A program made the position numbers and the translations under genes. A DNA stretch of 30,643 bases, from the NCBI GenBank assembly GCA_049967855.1, contig JBMFRX010000014.1, positions 1 through 30,643 of the forward strand. Reading direction: 5' to 3'. This DNA comes from Caldisericaceae bacterium. GTDB taxonomy: Bacteria; Caldisericota; Caldisericia; Caldisericales; Caldisericaceae. Of this stretch, positions 17,096-25,503 are shown in pieces. Below the pieces are notes generated by a model. It saw only the letters and a program-made list of their open reading frames with translations, was not told where the DNA came from and did no database searches. Every line of letters starts with the position of its first letter. Within the stretch, counting starts at the first letter, position 1.

Positions 17096-19050
17096 TTGAA
17101 CGATTCAAAGCCTTAGAGCCGTTCAGCATTAGCATAATAAACAATCCCTGGCAAGAGGGCGTAATTGACGTCTTTGAAATCAACAAGACTTCTTTTGATT
17201 CTGTAATAGGACGATTGAAATCAATCAAGGAGAATGGCCGCTCTGAGATTTTTGTACTTCAGGGAGAACCTGGAAGCGGGAAGTCACATCTCTTGTGGAG
17301 GATAGCAAAGAACGCTGAGAAAGAGTTCTTCCTTTTTGCAAGTTTCAATCCTCTTGTGGTAAATAGAGAACTCACGTATGTTTCAATACTTCAATCTGTA
17401 GTTGAAAGCCTGTTGAAAAAACATTCTGAGCTCAAAACAAAACCAATCGACCACATCATCGGCGAAATCATTTACTCAGGTTTAGTCAATTTCGACAACT
17501 CCAAACTGAAAGTTAATCCAATCATCTTATCTGCCATACAGGAAAAAAAACACAAAAAACTTCCCTATGTCTATAAAGAAGAGTTTGCACATTTCCCTGA
17601 GCAGGATATAAACAAGCTCATTCCAGTAATCACAGAAAATGCTTTTTCCGAACTCCATTCCAACAACTACATTCCGAAAAGGTATCTCAGGGGAATTATC
17701 TCAGGCCTTATAAACCCAGCGACATTAGATTTAACAATTGACCTTTTGAATGGCGAAAAACTCTCAGAAGATGAGCTTAGCAAACTTAACCTGGCTAATG
17801 GTTTTATAGTGGATGATAACATAGCATTTGAATTGCTGAGAAGCTTTTTCATCCTTTCACCTTTTCCATTCCTTATTTCAATAGACCAGATAGAGCACAT
17901 TGACGTGAAACTGCCGAAAGAAGGAATAATAAAATTTTTTGAAGAGATAATTACTCTAAGCAATAGTTCTTCAAAGGTCCTTTTCTTGCTCACAGTGCAG
18001 ACTCAAACCTATCAAAAATGGGAGGCGTTTCTCCCAGAACATCTCAAAGCTCGGCTTGACAACAAGAGCACACTTTTCTCAATAAGCAGTGAAGAGGCAG
18101 CGGAGATAATCAAGCGCAGAATCAAAGCATCCTGGGATAAAATTGGAGTAACAAGCGACGATCATTTTTTCCCATTTGAAGAAGGGTTTGTGAAAGAGAA
18201 AATCAAATCAATGAAGCTAAAAGCACCAAGAATGGTTATTAATGCTTTCAATGCTTTTCTGAACGGAGAAGTTGGCGAACAAGACTCTTTAAAATCTGCA
18301 CTCAAAGATTACTTTGCAAAATCGTTATACAAAAGAGATGAGATGCAACGAGAAACAAGTGAGCTCATTTTGACTTTGCTACCTGCTTCGTGTCTCAAAA
18401 CAGCAAATACTTACACAATACTTTACTATGCAGGAAACGCCTATTCAATAAACAATTCAACACGCTCTTATTACTGGACAACAAAGAACCTTTTGAATTT
18501 CCTGAAAAAAAAGAAAATCCAGTCGGCACAGCTCATACGCGACGAAGTTCTAAAGATAAGTGAAAACACCGAGACAATGAAGCTTATCAAAAAAGCAGGA
18601 ATAAAACTTAAATACTATTCCAAAGACACAGGGAAAGAGTTTATTGCTTTGAGCAAAATGCTTAAAGATTGCGAATCTGGAGACCTTCTTATCGAACGAG
18701 ACAGATTGAATGCTCTTGCAATAGAGAAACTAAACAACCTGCTCGAGATTAACGAAGCCGAGAAAGAATACTACTCTGAGAAGACACCAAATAAACAAGT
18801 AGAAGAAGCTTCTTCTCACAGAAATATAGCTCACAAAGATGAGGAAAATGCAAAAGTGGAAAAAACAGTTGAAGCTATACTGAATTATATGAAGAGAGGC
18901 AAGAAAATAATAAATCTCAATACTTACCTTGAGGATAAGAGCGAGACACGCCTCATAAACGCTGTCACAGAAGAACTCCAAAAGATAGATACTGTTAAGG
19001 TAATGACAAGAGAAGATGGAATTGTCTGGCTTTCAGAAAGAGTATCTTAG
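17080..19050 (+). CDS. AAA+/P-loop ATPase of unknown function
   Basis: Walker A GEPGSGKS, Walker B-like FLISIDQIE, candidate Arg finger LKARL and sensor-2 APR. Confidence 0.85.
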   Translation: MDEALIERFKALEPFSISIINNPWQEGVIDVFEINKTSFDSVIGRLKSIKENGRSEIFVLQGEPGSGKSHLLWRIAKNAEKEFFLFASFNPLVVNRELTYVSILQSVVESLLKKHSELKTKPIDHIIGEIIYSGLVNFDNSKLKVNPIILSAIQEKKHKKLPYVYKEEFAHFPEQDINKLIPVITENAFSELHSNNYIPKRYLRGIISGLINPATLDLTIDLLNGEKLSEDELSKLNLANGFIVDDNIAFELLRSFFILSPFPFLISIDQIEHIDVKLPKEGIIKFFEEIITLSNSSSKVLFLLTVQTQTYQKWEAFLPEHLKARLDNKSTLFSISSEEAAEIIKRRIKASWDKIGVTSDDHFFPFEEGFVKEKIKSMKLKAPRMVINAFNAFLNGEVGEQDSLKSALKDYFAKSLYKRDEMQRETSELILTLLPASCLKTANTYTILYYAGNAYSINNSTRSYYWTTKNLLNFLKKKKIQSAQLIRDEVLKISENTETMKLIKKAGIKLKYYSKDTGKEFIALSKMLKDCESGDLLIERDRLNALAIEKLNNLLEINEAEKEYYSEKTPNKQVEEASSHRNIAHKDEENAKVEKTVEAILNYMKRGKKIINLNTYLEDKSETRLINAVTEELQKIDTVKVMTREDGIVWLSERVS

Positions 19051-19834
19051 CTTATCCGTATCAGACATTGTAACTATTTTCAAATGCCCGATGCAAGTCT
19101 ACCTCAAAAAGAAAGGCGTTAACGCACATTTCAGGTACTCTTTCAAATACAACATAGGAACACTTGTGCATGAGGTGCTTTCGCAGTTTGTAAGCGAAGT
19201 CAGAGCCCCAAACCTGTTTGGAGTAAATGTTGATTTTGGAAACGAGGATGAATTATACAAATTTATAGAAAAAAGTTTATATACAGCACTTATCTCAAAA
19301 ATGGAACAAAAGTCATACTCTAAATCTTATTTTGATATTGCCTGGGAACATTTAAAGGTTATGGCAAACTATTTTGCCAATCTCATAACCAATAACAATT
19401 CTTCCTTCAGCGAGATTTTCCTGTTTGCAGAAGAGCCTTTCTCATTCAATATAGACGAATCCATAATTATACAGGGAAGGTTTGACCTGCTTATTAGCGA
19501 TAATGACCAGCTTAAAATAATCGACTACAAGACAAAGAAAGAGGACTTTGAAAATGACATCGTGCAAGTTTCGCTCTACGCAAAAGGAATGGAGATTAAA
19601 ACAGGCAAATCAATAGAGCCAATGCTTCTTTACACAAGCAGAGACGGACTGAGAGAAATTAGATTCACAAAAGATGAAGTAGACCTCACTTACAGGCAAA
19701 TTGAGAAAGAATTAGCGGACTTTAAAAAGATGATTGAAGGTAAAAAAGAGCCACACAAAACCTATGATAGAAGCCTTTGCAGAAGATGTTCCGCAGCAAG
19801 TCTACCAATTTGCAAACAGGATTTGGAAGATTAA
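19016..19834 (+). CDS. RecB/Cas4/AddB-like PD-(D/E)XK nuclease with predicted 4Fe-4S ligands
   Basis: CPMQ, GTLVH, E...QGRFD...IIDYKT, QVSLY, C-terminal CRRC-x7-C. Confidence 0.88.
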   Translation: MELSGFQKEYLSLSVSDIVTIFKCPMQVYLKKKGVNAHFRYSFKYNIGTLVHEVLSQFVSEVRAPNLFGVNVDFGNEDELYKFIEKSLYTALISKMEQKSYSKSYFDIAWEHLKVMANYFANLITNNNSSFSEIFLFAEEPFSFNIDESIIIQGRFDLLISDNDQLKIIDYKTKKEDFENDIVQVSLYAKGMEIKTGKSIEPMLLYTSRDGLREIRFTKDEVDLTYRQIEKELADFKKMIEGKKEPHKTYDRSLCRRCSAASLPICKQDLED

Positions 19835-20412
19835 AAACTACTGCGCCACAAACCAATTACTTTGCCAACAATCTGAGTCTCTCTGGTTATGTATATTTCT
19901 CTGTAGACATCGTTCATTGGTACAAGATAAAAACCATCCCTTCTCTTTTCCAGTTTTTTAACCGTGGATTCATCGCCAATTATTGCAACGCAAATATCTC
20001 CGTCGCGTACCTGTGAGTCAGGGTCCACAACCACAAGATCGCCATTCTGAATGTGGCCATCGATCATACTATCCCCTTTAACGCGTAGCAAGAAAGCATG
20101 AGGATGGGCTTCTGGGTTTACAGGCAAAGGCAAGAATCCTTCAATTTCCTCAACCGCAACGGTTGGAGCACCTGCATGCACGGCGCCAAGAAGAGGGAAC
20201 TTATTGAGCCGCGGCGCAACTACTCTGAAAGACCGTGCTTTCCCTTCTTTCTTGAGAAATCCTTTTTTCTCTAGAGTGGCAATATGAGTGTACACCGTGG
20301 AAACGGAATGCAATCCAAAATGATCCCTTATTTCACGGTATGTGGGAAAGTGACCGTCCATTTCCTCCTGCGATATGTAATCGAGAATTTCTTTTTGCTT
20401 CACTGTCAACAT
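19831..20412 (-). CDS. lexA: SOS repressor LexA
   Basis: PTYREI wHTH, HAG cleavage site, GDSM Ser, TVKK Lys; ATG 20412 follows a GAGGTG RBS. Confidence 0.95.
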   Translation of the reverse strand: MLTVKQKEILDYISQEEMDGHFPTYREIRDHFGLHSVSTVYTHIATLEKKGFLKKEGKARSFRVVAPRLNKFPLLGAVHAGAPTVAVEEIEGFLPLPVNPEAHPHAFLLRVKGDSMIDGHIQNGDLVVVDPDSQVRDGDICVAIIGDESTVKKLEKRRDGFYLVPMNDVYREIYITRETQIVGKVIGLWRSSF

Positions 20413-20430
20413 TTTAATCACCTCTACACT

Positions 20431-20458
20431 ATTATACGAACATATGTTTATTATGCAA
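20431..20458 (-). promoter_or_regulatory. lexA promoter
   Basis: TTGCAT, 16 nt, TATAAT on the minus strand. Confidence 0.7.
20437..20450. promoter_or_regulatory. SOS box (GAAC-N4-GTTC type)
   Basis: CGAACATATGTTTA lies between the -35 and -10 boxes of lexA. Confidence 0.85.
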
Positions 20459-21326
20459 GTGGCTCTTTAAGATAACTTCCAATAAGCTTGTAACTGAAAT
20501 CCCACAAATCTTTTGAGAGCTGCTTATCATTTGACACTTCAAGAGGCACATCAACTTTTTCTTTTGCAAAGTACTCGCCTGAAATATTTAAGACTTCACT
20601 TGCTGTTGCAAGATACACTGTTGTTTTGGCACCTTCTTCAGGAGAAATTGCACCAAACATAAAAATAAACCTCTTAACAAATTGTGGCAATGCTCTGTAA
20701 ATATCCGTTCTAACAAGCCCTGGATGAACAACATTTGCGGTTACCGACGAGCCTTCCAATCGCCTTGCAAGCTCCTTAGTAAAAAGAACTATTGCAAGTT
20801 TTGAATCGTAATATGCCTGCATACCACTGTAATGCCGGGGGTTAGTAATGTCTTCGAAACTAATTTTGCCCTTTTTGTGTAGTGCCGAAGAAACATTTAT
20901 TATCCTGGCTGGGGCACTGCTTCTGAGTTTCGGCAGTAAGAGATTTGTCATCAAGAACTGAGCAAGATAATTTACTTGAAAGGTCATTTCAATGCCATCT
21001 TTCGACATTTTCTTTCTTGCTTCCCATAAGCCAGCATTGTTTATAAGAACGTGTAGGGCAGAATGTTTTGCGCTAAATTCATTAACGAACTCTGCAATTG
21101 ACGCAAAAGAAGACAAATCGCATTCAAAATACTCAACATTCTTGTTCTGTGATGCACTTATTATTTCCTCTTTGGTATGCTCAGCCTTTCCCATATTTCT
21201 TGCAGTAAAAACAATATTTGCTCCTCTTTTTGCAAGCTCCACTGCAGTGACTTTTCCAATCCCTGAGGTTGCCCCAGTGATGAGACATGTCTTCCCATCT
21301 AATGTCCACACTGAATTTTCATCCAT
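20451..21326 (-). CDS. Short-chain dehydrogenase/reductase (retinol dehydrogenase-like)
   Basis: TGATSGIG, NNAG, YYDSK, HPGLV; ATG 21326 with GGAGG; TATAAT at 21351-21356. Confidence 0.92.
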   Translation of the reverse strand: MDENSVWTLDGKTCLITGATSGIGKVTAVELAKRGANIVFTARNMGKAEHTKEEIISASQNKNVEYFECDLSSFASIAEFVNEFSAKHSALHVLINNAGLWEARKKMSKDGIEMTFQVNYLAQFLMTNLLLPKLRSSAPARIINVSSALHKKGKISFEDITNPRHYSGMQAYYDSKLAIVLFTKELARRLEGSSVTANVVHPGLVRTDIYRALPQFVKRFIFMFGAISPEEGAKTTVYLATASEVLNISGEYFAKEKVDVPLEVSNDKQLSKDLWDFSYKLIGSYLKEPLA

Positions 21327-21655
21327 AGTTCTGTCCTCCGCTATGCACATATTATAAGCTATTTCACCTTGTTCTGTTGCTTACGTTTAAAAAGCAGCAG
21401 CCTCAATTAGCAAAAACCCATTAACAATACGGCGAAGAAAGTTCTTGCAGTTTCATCCATATTGCATTCTGACGTGGCTCTTGAGGGCTCGTCTGCTGTG
21501 TATGGTACATCGAGACACTGATTTTCGAATTAAAGATGAAAATAATCCTATCAGGAAATAATCTACAATTTAAATATTTGCCTTAGAGCTTAGAACCAGA
21601 AAGAGTGTTGCTCCAGCAAAAGACCCGAGATGTCAAAATAAATCAAGTAGTATTT

Positions 21656-23275
21656 CTACAATCGCAATATGATCTCTTTCGCTTCTGGGATCTTTTGGGA
21701 GCTCATACTTAATTCATCCACTCCAAGCTCCACGAGCTTTGGAATCGCATTAGAGTCTCCTGCAAGTTCTCCGCATATACCTGTCCATTTACCCTTTGCG
21801 TGTGATGCATCAACTGTCATTTTGATAAGTTTAAGAACAGCAGGATGAAGAGGCTGATATAGATAGTTTAGGTTCTCATTTGTTCTGTCCGCTGCAAAAG
21901 TATACTGCGTCAAATCGTTAGTCCCAATACTAAAAAAATCAACAAGGCTAGCAAGCTCTTCCGCGTTAAGCGCAGCAGAGGGAATTTCTACCATAATGCC
22001 AACTTTAAGGCTCTCGTCGTACTCAATATTTTCATTTTTCAATTCTTCCTTTGCCTCATCTAAAATAGTATTTGCTTCTATAATTTCCTCTTTTAAAGCA
22101 ATCATTGGATACATTATGAGAGCCTTGCCATAAGTACTAGCCCTTAGAATGGCACGCAATTGTGTTTTAAATAGATCCTTCCTTATTAGGCACAACCTGA
22201 TTGCTCTTACGCCAAGAAAGGGATTTAGCTCTTTTTCAAGATGTAAATACGGAATTTGCTTATCCCCACCTATGTCAAGAGTTCTTATAATTATTGGTTT
22301 GCCTCTGAATCTTTCCAATACAACCCTGTATGCTTCAAATTGCTCGTCTTCTGTTGGAGGGGTTTGCCTATCAAGAAATAAAAATTCTGTTCTGTACAGC
22401 CCAACTCCATCTGCTCCCATTTCAATGGCTTTATCGATATCTTTTGGAGAGCCTATATTTGCAGCAACTTCAATCCTTTTGCCACTTTTTGTGATTGCAG
22501 AGCGCGTTGCCCCTTCTCTAAGTTTGAGGGCTTCTTTCTCAAGCTCTGACTTCTTTGTTAAGTAATCACTCTTCACATCATCTGTAGGCTCTACAATTAT
22601 TGTCCCATTGTTTCCGTCAATAATAAGCTCTTGTTTATTGCCTATATTAATTAGCGCATCCTTCACTCCAACTACCGCTGGTATACCAAGGGCTTCGGCT
22701 ATAATTGCAGTATGGGAGGTAACCCCTCCTTTTTCCGTTACAAACCCTGAAACATTTTTTCTATCAAGGCTTGCGGTATCAGAAGGGGTTAGGTCATTTG
22801 CTATAACAATAGAATGCTCTGGCAGAAGAGCAAGGCTGACTTTTTTTATACCAAGAACATTTCTTATTAATCTATTAGAAACGTCTCTTATATCCTGCGC
22901 TCTTTCTCTAAAGTATTCGCTAGACATTTGCTCCATGGTCCTGGCACTTTCCTCAAAAGCAACACTTATTGAGTACGGAAGATTAAAACCCTCCTTTAGT
23001 CTTGCCTTAACTATTTCAATGATGCTTGGGTCGTCAAGAAACAGCAAATGTGCTTGGAAGATTTCTGCTTCTTCAGGATTGCTCTCTTTTAAAGTATTGT
23101 AAAGGTAATTTATCTCGGCTTTTGTTTCTTCTATTGCCTTATTGAAAAGAGCTATTTTATCGTCATAAGACACTTCGTCCTTTTCCGCTTCAATTTTAAT
23201 TTCACTGCTCTCATAAATAAAAGCATTTCCCAAGGCAATCCCTTTCGATACGGCAATTCCTTCAAGTTTTTTCAT
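21656..23275 (-). CDS. ptsI: PTS enzyme I
   Basis: GGVTSHTAI, GLYRTEF, RTLDIGGDK, FSIGTNDL, GICGE. Confidence 0.97.
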   Translation of the reverse strand: MKKLEGIAVSKGIALGNAFIYESSEIKIEAEKDEVSYDDKIALFNKAIEETKAEINYLYNTLKESNPEEAEIFQAHLLFLDDPSIIEIVKARLKEGFNLPYSISVAFEESARTMEQMSSEYFRERAQDIRDVSNRLIRNVLGIKKVSLALLPEHSIVIANDLTPSDTASLDRKNVSGFVTEKGGVTSHTAIIAEALGIPAVVGVKDALINIGNKQELIIDGNNGTIIVEPTDDVKSDYLTKKSELEKEALKLREGATRSAITKSGKRIEVAANIGSPKDIDKAIEMGADGVGLYRTEFLFLDRQTPPTEDEQFEAYRVVLERFRGKPIIIRTLDIGGDKQIPYLHLEKELNPFLGVRAIRLCLIRKDLFKTQLRAILRASTYGKALIMYPMIALKEEIIEANTILDEAKEELKNENIEYDESLKVGIMVEIPSAALNAEELASLVDFFSIGTNDLTQYTFAADRTNENLNYLYQPLHPAVLKLIKMTVDASHAKGKWTGICGELAGDSNAIPKLVELGVDELSMSSQKIPEAKEIILRL

Positions 23276-23541
23276 TCTGCATCACCGAAATTCTCATTAA
23301 CAAGAGTTTCTATAGACTTCATTGCTTCTTGCTCATCAACGCCCTCTGTCTCAACCGTAATAACACAACCCTTTTCTGCTCCTAGGGAAAGAACGCCAAT
23401 AATACTCTTTGCAGAAACAACTCTTCCATCTTTTGCAATGGTTATATTTGACTTAAATCTATTTGCAGTTTGCACAAGCACGGCTGCAGGCCGTGCATGC
23501 AAACCAACTTTATTTTGAATGACAAATTCTCGTTGCTCCAT
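23272..23541 (-). CDS. ptsH: Phosphocarrier HPr
   Basis: GLHARPAA (His15), AKSIIGV (Ser46). Confidence 0.97.
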   Translation of the reverse strand: MEQREFVIQNKVGLHARPAAVLVQTANRFKSNITIAKDGRVVSAKSIIGVLSLGAEKGCVITVETEGVDEQEAMKSIETLVNENFGDAE

Positions 23542-23646
23542 AACTCACCTCACTATTTCAAAATTGACCCAAAGGATTTGTAACTTTAAACAAAGAGACT
23601 TGCAAGAACTTGGACTATTAGCTAAGAAAGAATTTTGCAACAACAA

Positions 23647-24108
23647 TTAACTCACTTTGCTCTCCAGAGAATTAAAAACATTCTTCTCTAAAAACAACTT
23701 AATCTTGCCCAAATCCTTATTCTTGATTAATTCCAAAAAATCAGCGTTTGCAAAATTTTCTGTAAGTTCTGATAAAAACTTAAGGTACTTTTGTGGATCC
23801 TTTATCACAAATAGGAAGATAAGATCCACGCTTATGCTTTTTGAAGTGTCGTCAATTCTAAAGAAGTCTATTTCATTCTTCGGGACTCCGATTACAAACA
23901 CATCGTCATTCGCAAATTCTGTGTCCGTATGTGGTATAGCAACGCTCACAGAATTTGAGAGCTCCAACCCAGTTGGATGGTTTCGTTCTCTTTCTAAAAG
24001 CGAATCTTTGTATAACTGCTTTACATATCCAAGTTCTTGCAATCTATCCGATAAGAAAGTCAAAGCCTCCTCTCTATCACCCTTCACCTCGAACGCTAGA
24101 AATTTCAC
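23647..24108 (-). CDS. PTS IIA component (galactitol/fructose-mannitol fold)
   Basis: ERERNHPTGL, VAIPHTD. Confidence 0.9.
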   Translation of the reverse strand: MKFLAFEVKGDREEALTFLSDRLQELGYVKQLYKDSLLERERNHPTGLELSNSVSVAIPHTDTEFANDDVFVIGVPKNEIDFFRIDDTSKSISVDLIFLFVIKDPQKYLKFLSELTENFANADFLELIKNKDLGKIKLFLEKNVFNSLESKVS

Positions 24109-24109
24109 C

Positions 24110-24421
24110 TTACTCTCCTATCTTTAAAGAATCCTTGACTTTCTGAACGAAGTCTTTAACTCCAATCATTGTCATAAGCGGCAAGCCCGACAAAACAGGC
24201 AAGTCGTCTGGCAAGCCCTCCTTCGAGAAGCCACCTGCAGTAATTATAACAAGTTCTGGTTTTCGGTTGCTTACATTGCCTGCAACCTCTGAAACTCTCA
24301 TCGTTACTATTTCTACGTCTATTTTTTCTTTTTCCAACAACTCGCCTAGTCTGTATTTTACAAGGTTCGCAGAAGCAGCAGCAGACCCACAAGCCACATA
24401 AATCAGGTGTTTGTTTGCCAT
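24110..24421 (-). CDS. PTS IIB component, galactitol-like
   Basis: IYVACGSAAAS phospho-Cys loop; ATG 24421 preferred over TTG 24433. Confidence 0.85.
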   Translation of the reverse strand: MANKHLIYVACGSAAASANLVKYRLGELLEKEKIDVEIVTMRVSEVAGNVSNRKPELVIITAGGFSKEGLPDDLPVLSGLPLMTMIGVKDFVQKVKDSLKIGE

Positions 24422-24444
24422 ATTATCTTTCAATCCTCCTAGTC

Positions 24445-25077
24445 TTACAGTTTTTTGACATATTTGTTTATTATATCCTGAGTTTGCTGAGCGGTAAACT
24501 CGGGCATTCCACCAAAATTCTTTCCTGCAACGACCATTTTCGAAGCCTCCTCAAGGACCTCAATCCTTGAAAACGCTTGCATAAGAGAATTTCCAATACT
24601 GAAAGCGCCATGATTCTTAAGCAGCGCGAGATTATGATTTGTTAAGGCATTTGCAAGAGCTTCAGCAGTCTTTGCTCCAGGCTCAGTAAAATCAACTACG
24701 GCAAGCTCTCCAATCATTACAACGAATTCAGGAGTTATTCCTCTTGGTACGAATCCTGCGGAGACAAGACCAACTGCAGTTGAAGGGTGAGCATGAACTA
24801 CAGCTGAGATATCATTTCGCCTGTTATAGAGACTTATGTGAACAATCGTCTCGCTTGACGGCACTCCATTGTCTAAAACTGTCCCGTCTAGTCCTACCTT
24901 GACGATGTCTTCAGGCTTCACGTTCATTTTATCAAGGCCTGTTGGCGTGATTAAGATATAATTTCCACTCCTTGAAATAACACTTACATTACCACCAACA
25001 CTTGAAACTAAGTCCCTCGTGTATAACCTATTTATCATTCCGCTTACTTCTTCACGAAGCAATGTTTCTTCTAACAT
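24445..25077 (-). CDS. Class II aldolase/adducin family (FucA-like)
   Basis: GGNVS, ITPTG, PSSE, VVHAHP, LKNHG; ATG 25077 with AAGGAGG. Confidence 0.9.
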   Translation of the reverse strand: MLEETLLREEVSGMINRLYTRDLVSSVGGNVSVISRSGNYILITPTGLDKMNVKPEDIVKVGLDGTVLDNGVPSSETIVHISLYNRRNDISAVVHAHPSTAVGLVSAGFVPRGITPEFVVMIGELAVVDFTEPGAKTAEALANALTNHNLALLKNHGAFSIGNSLMQAFSRIEVLEEASKMVVAGKNFGGMPEFTAQQTQDIINKYVKKL

Positions 25078-25103
25078 ACTAACCTCCTTATGAATTTTAG
25101 GGT

Positions 25104-25134
25104 CCCTCTCCCAAGGCAAATTCTCAGGAGAGGG
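25104..25134 (-). other. Intercistronic stem-loop in the PTS operon
   Basis: On the minus strand CCCTCTCCTGAG pairs with CTTGGGAGAGGG (12 bp, two G-U pairs); no U-tract on that strand. Confidence 0.55.
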
Positions 25135-25143
25135 TTTTAAACA

Positions 25144-25503
25144 TTACCTAAACCTTTCAACCTTCAGAGTATCAGCAGCAAGCTTACCCTGGATAACTTT
25201 TATTTCTGGCATAGCAGACTTTATAAGAACTCCTATGTTCGTGAGCCATGAGAAACAATAAGTCAACACAACTTCCCCTTTAGCACTGGAAATTTCAACG
25301 TTAACTTTTCTATAGAGCAGGCTCCAATTAACCAATCCAACATAAGTAAAAATCTTACTGCCTTTCTCAAATACAAGTTTCTCGTCATTCTGCGCAAGCA
25401 ATTTATAGCCCAAAGAGACAAAAGTTTCCTTAGCTATGCCACTTATATCATTACTTACTGGCTTATGCAAATTTAAGGATACTATGAAATTCCTACTTTG
25501 CAT
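25144..25503 (-). CDS. Hypothetical protein in the PTS operon
   Basis: Start overlaps the IIC stop codon by 1 nt (TAATG); co-oriented. Confidence 0.7.
   Translation of the reverse strand: MQSRNFIVSLNLHKPVSNDISGIAKETFVSLGYKLLAQNDEKLVFEKGSKIFTYVGLVNWSLLYRKVNVEISSAKGEVVLTYCFSWLTNIGVLIKSAMPEIKVIQGKLAADTLKVERFR

Noticed and set aside
19016..19834. cas4 gene / CRISPR-Cas locus
   Set aside because: No repeat-spacer array or other cas genes in the window; the Fe-S PD-(D/E)XK fold is shared by many non-Cas nucleases.
21357..21655. ncRNA, small ORF or IS remnant in the SDR-ptsI gap
   Set aside because: No convincing hairpin, terminal repeats or RBS-supported ORF; treated only as a possible island junction.
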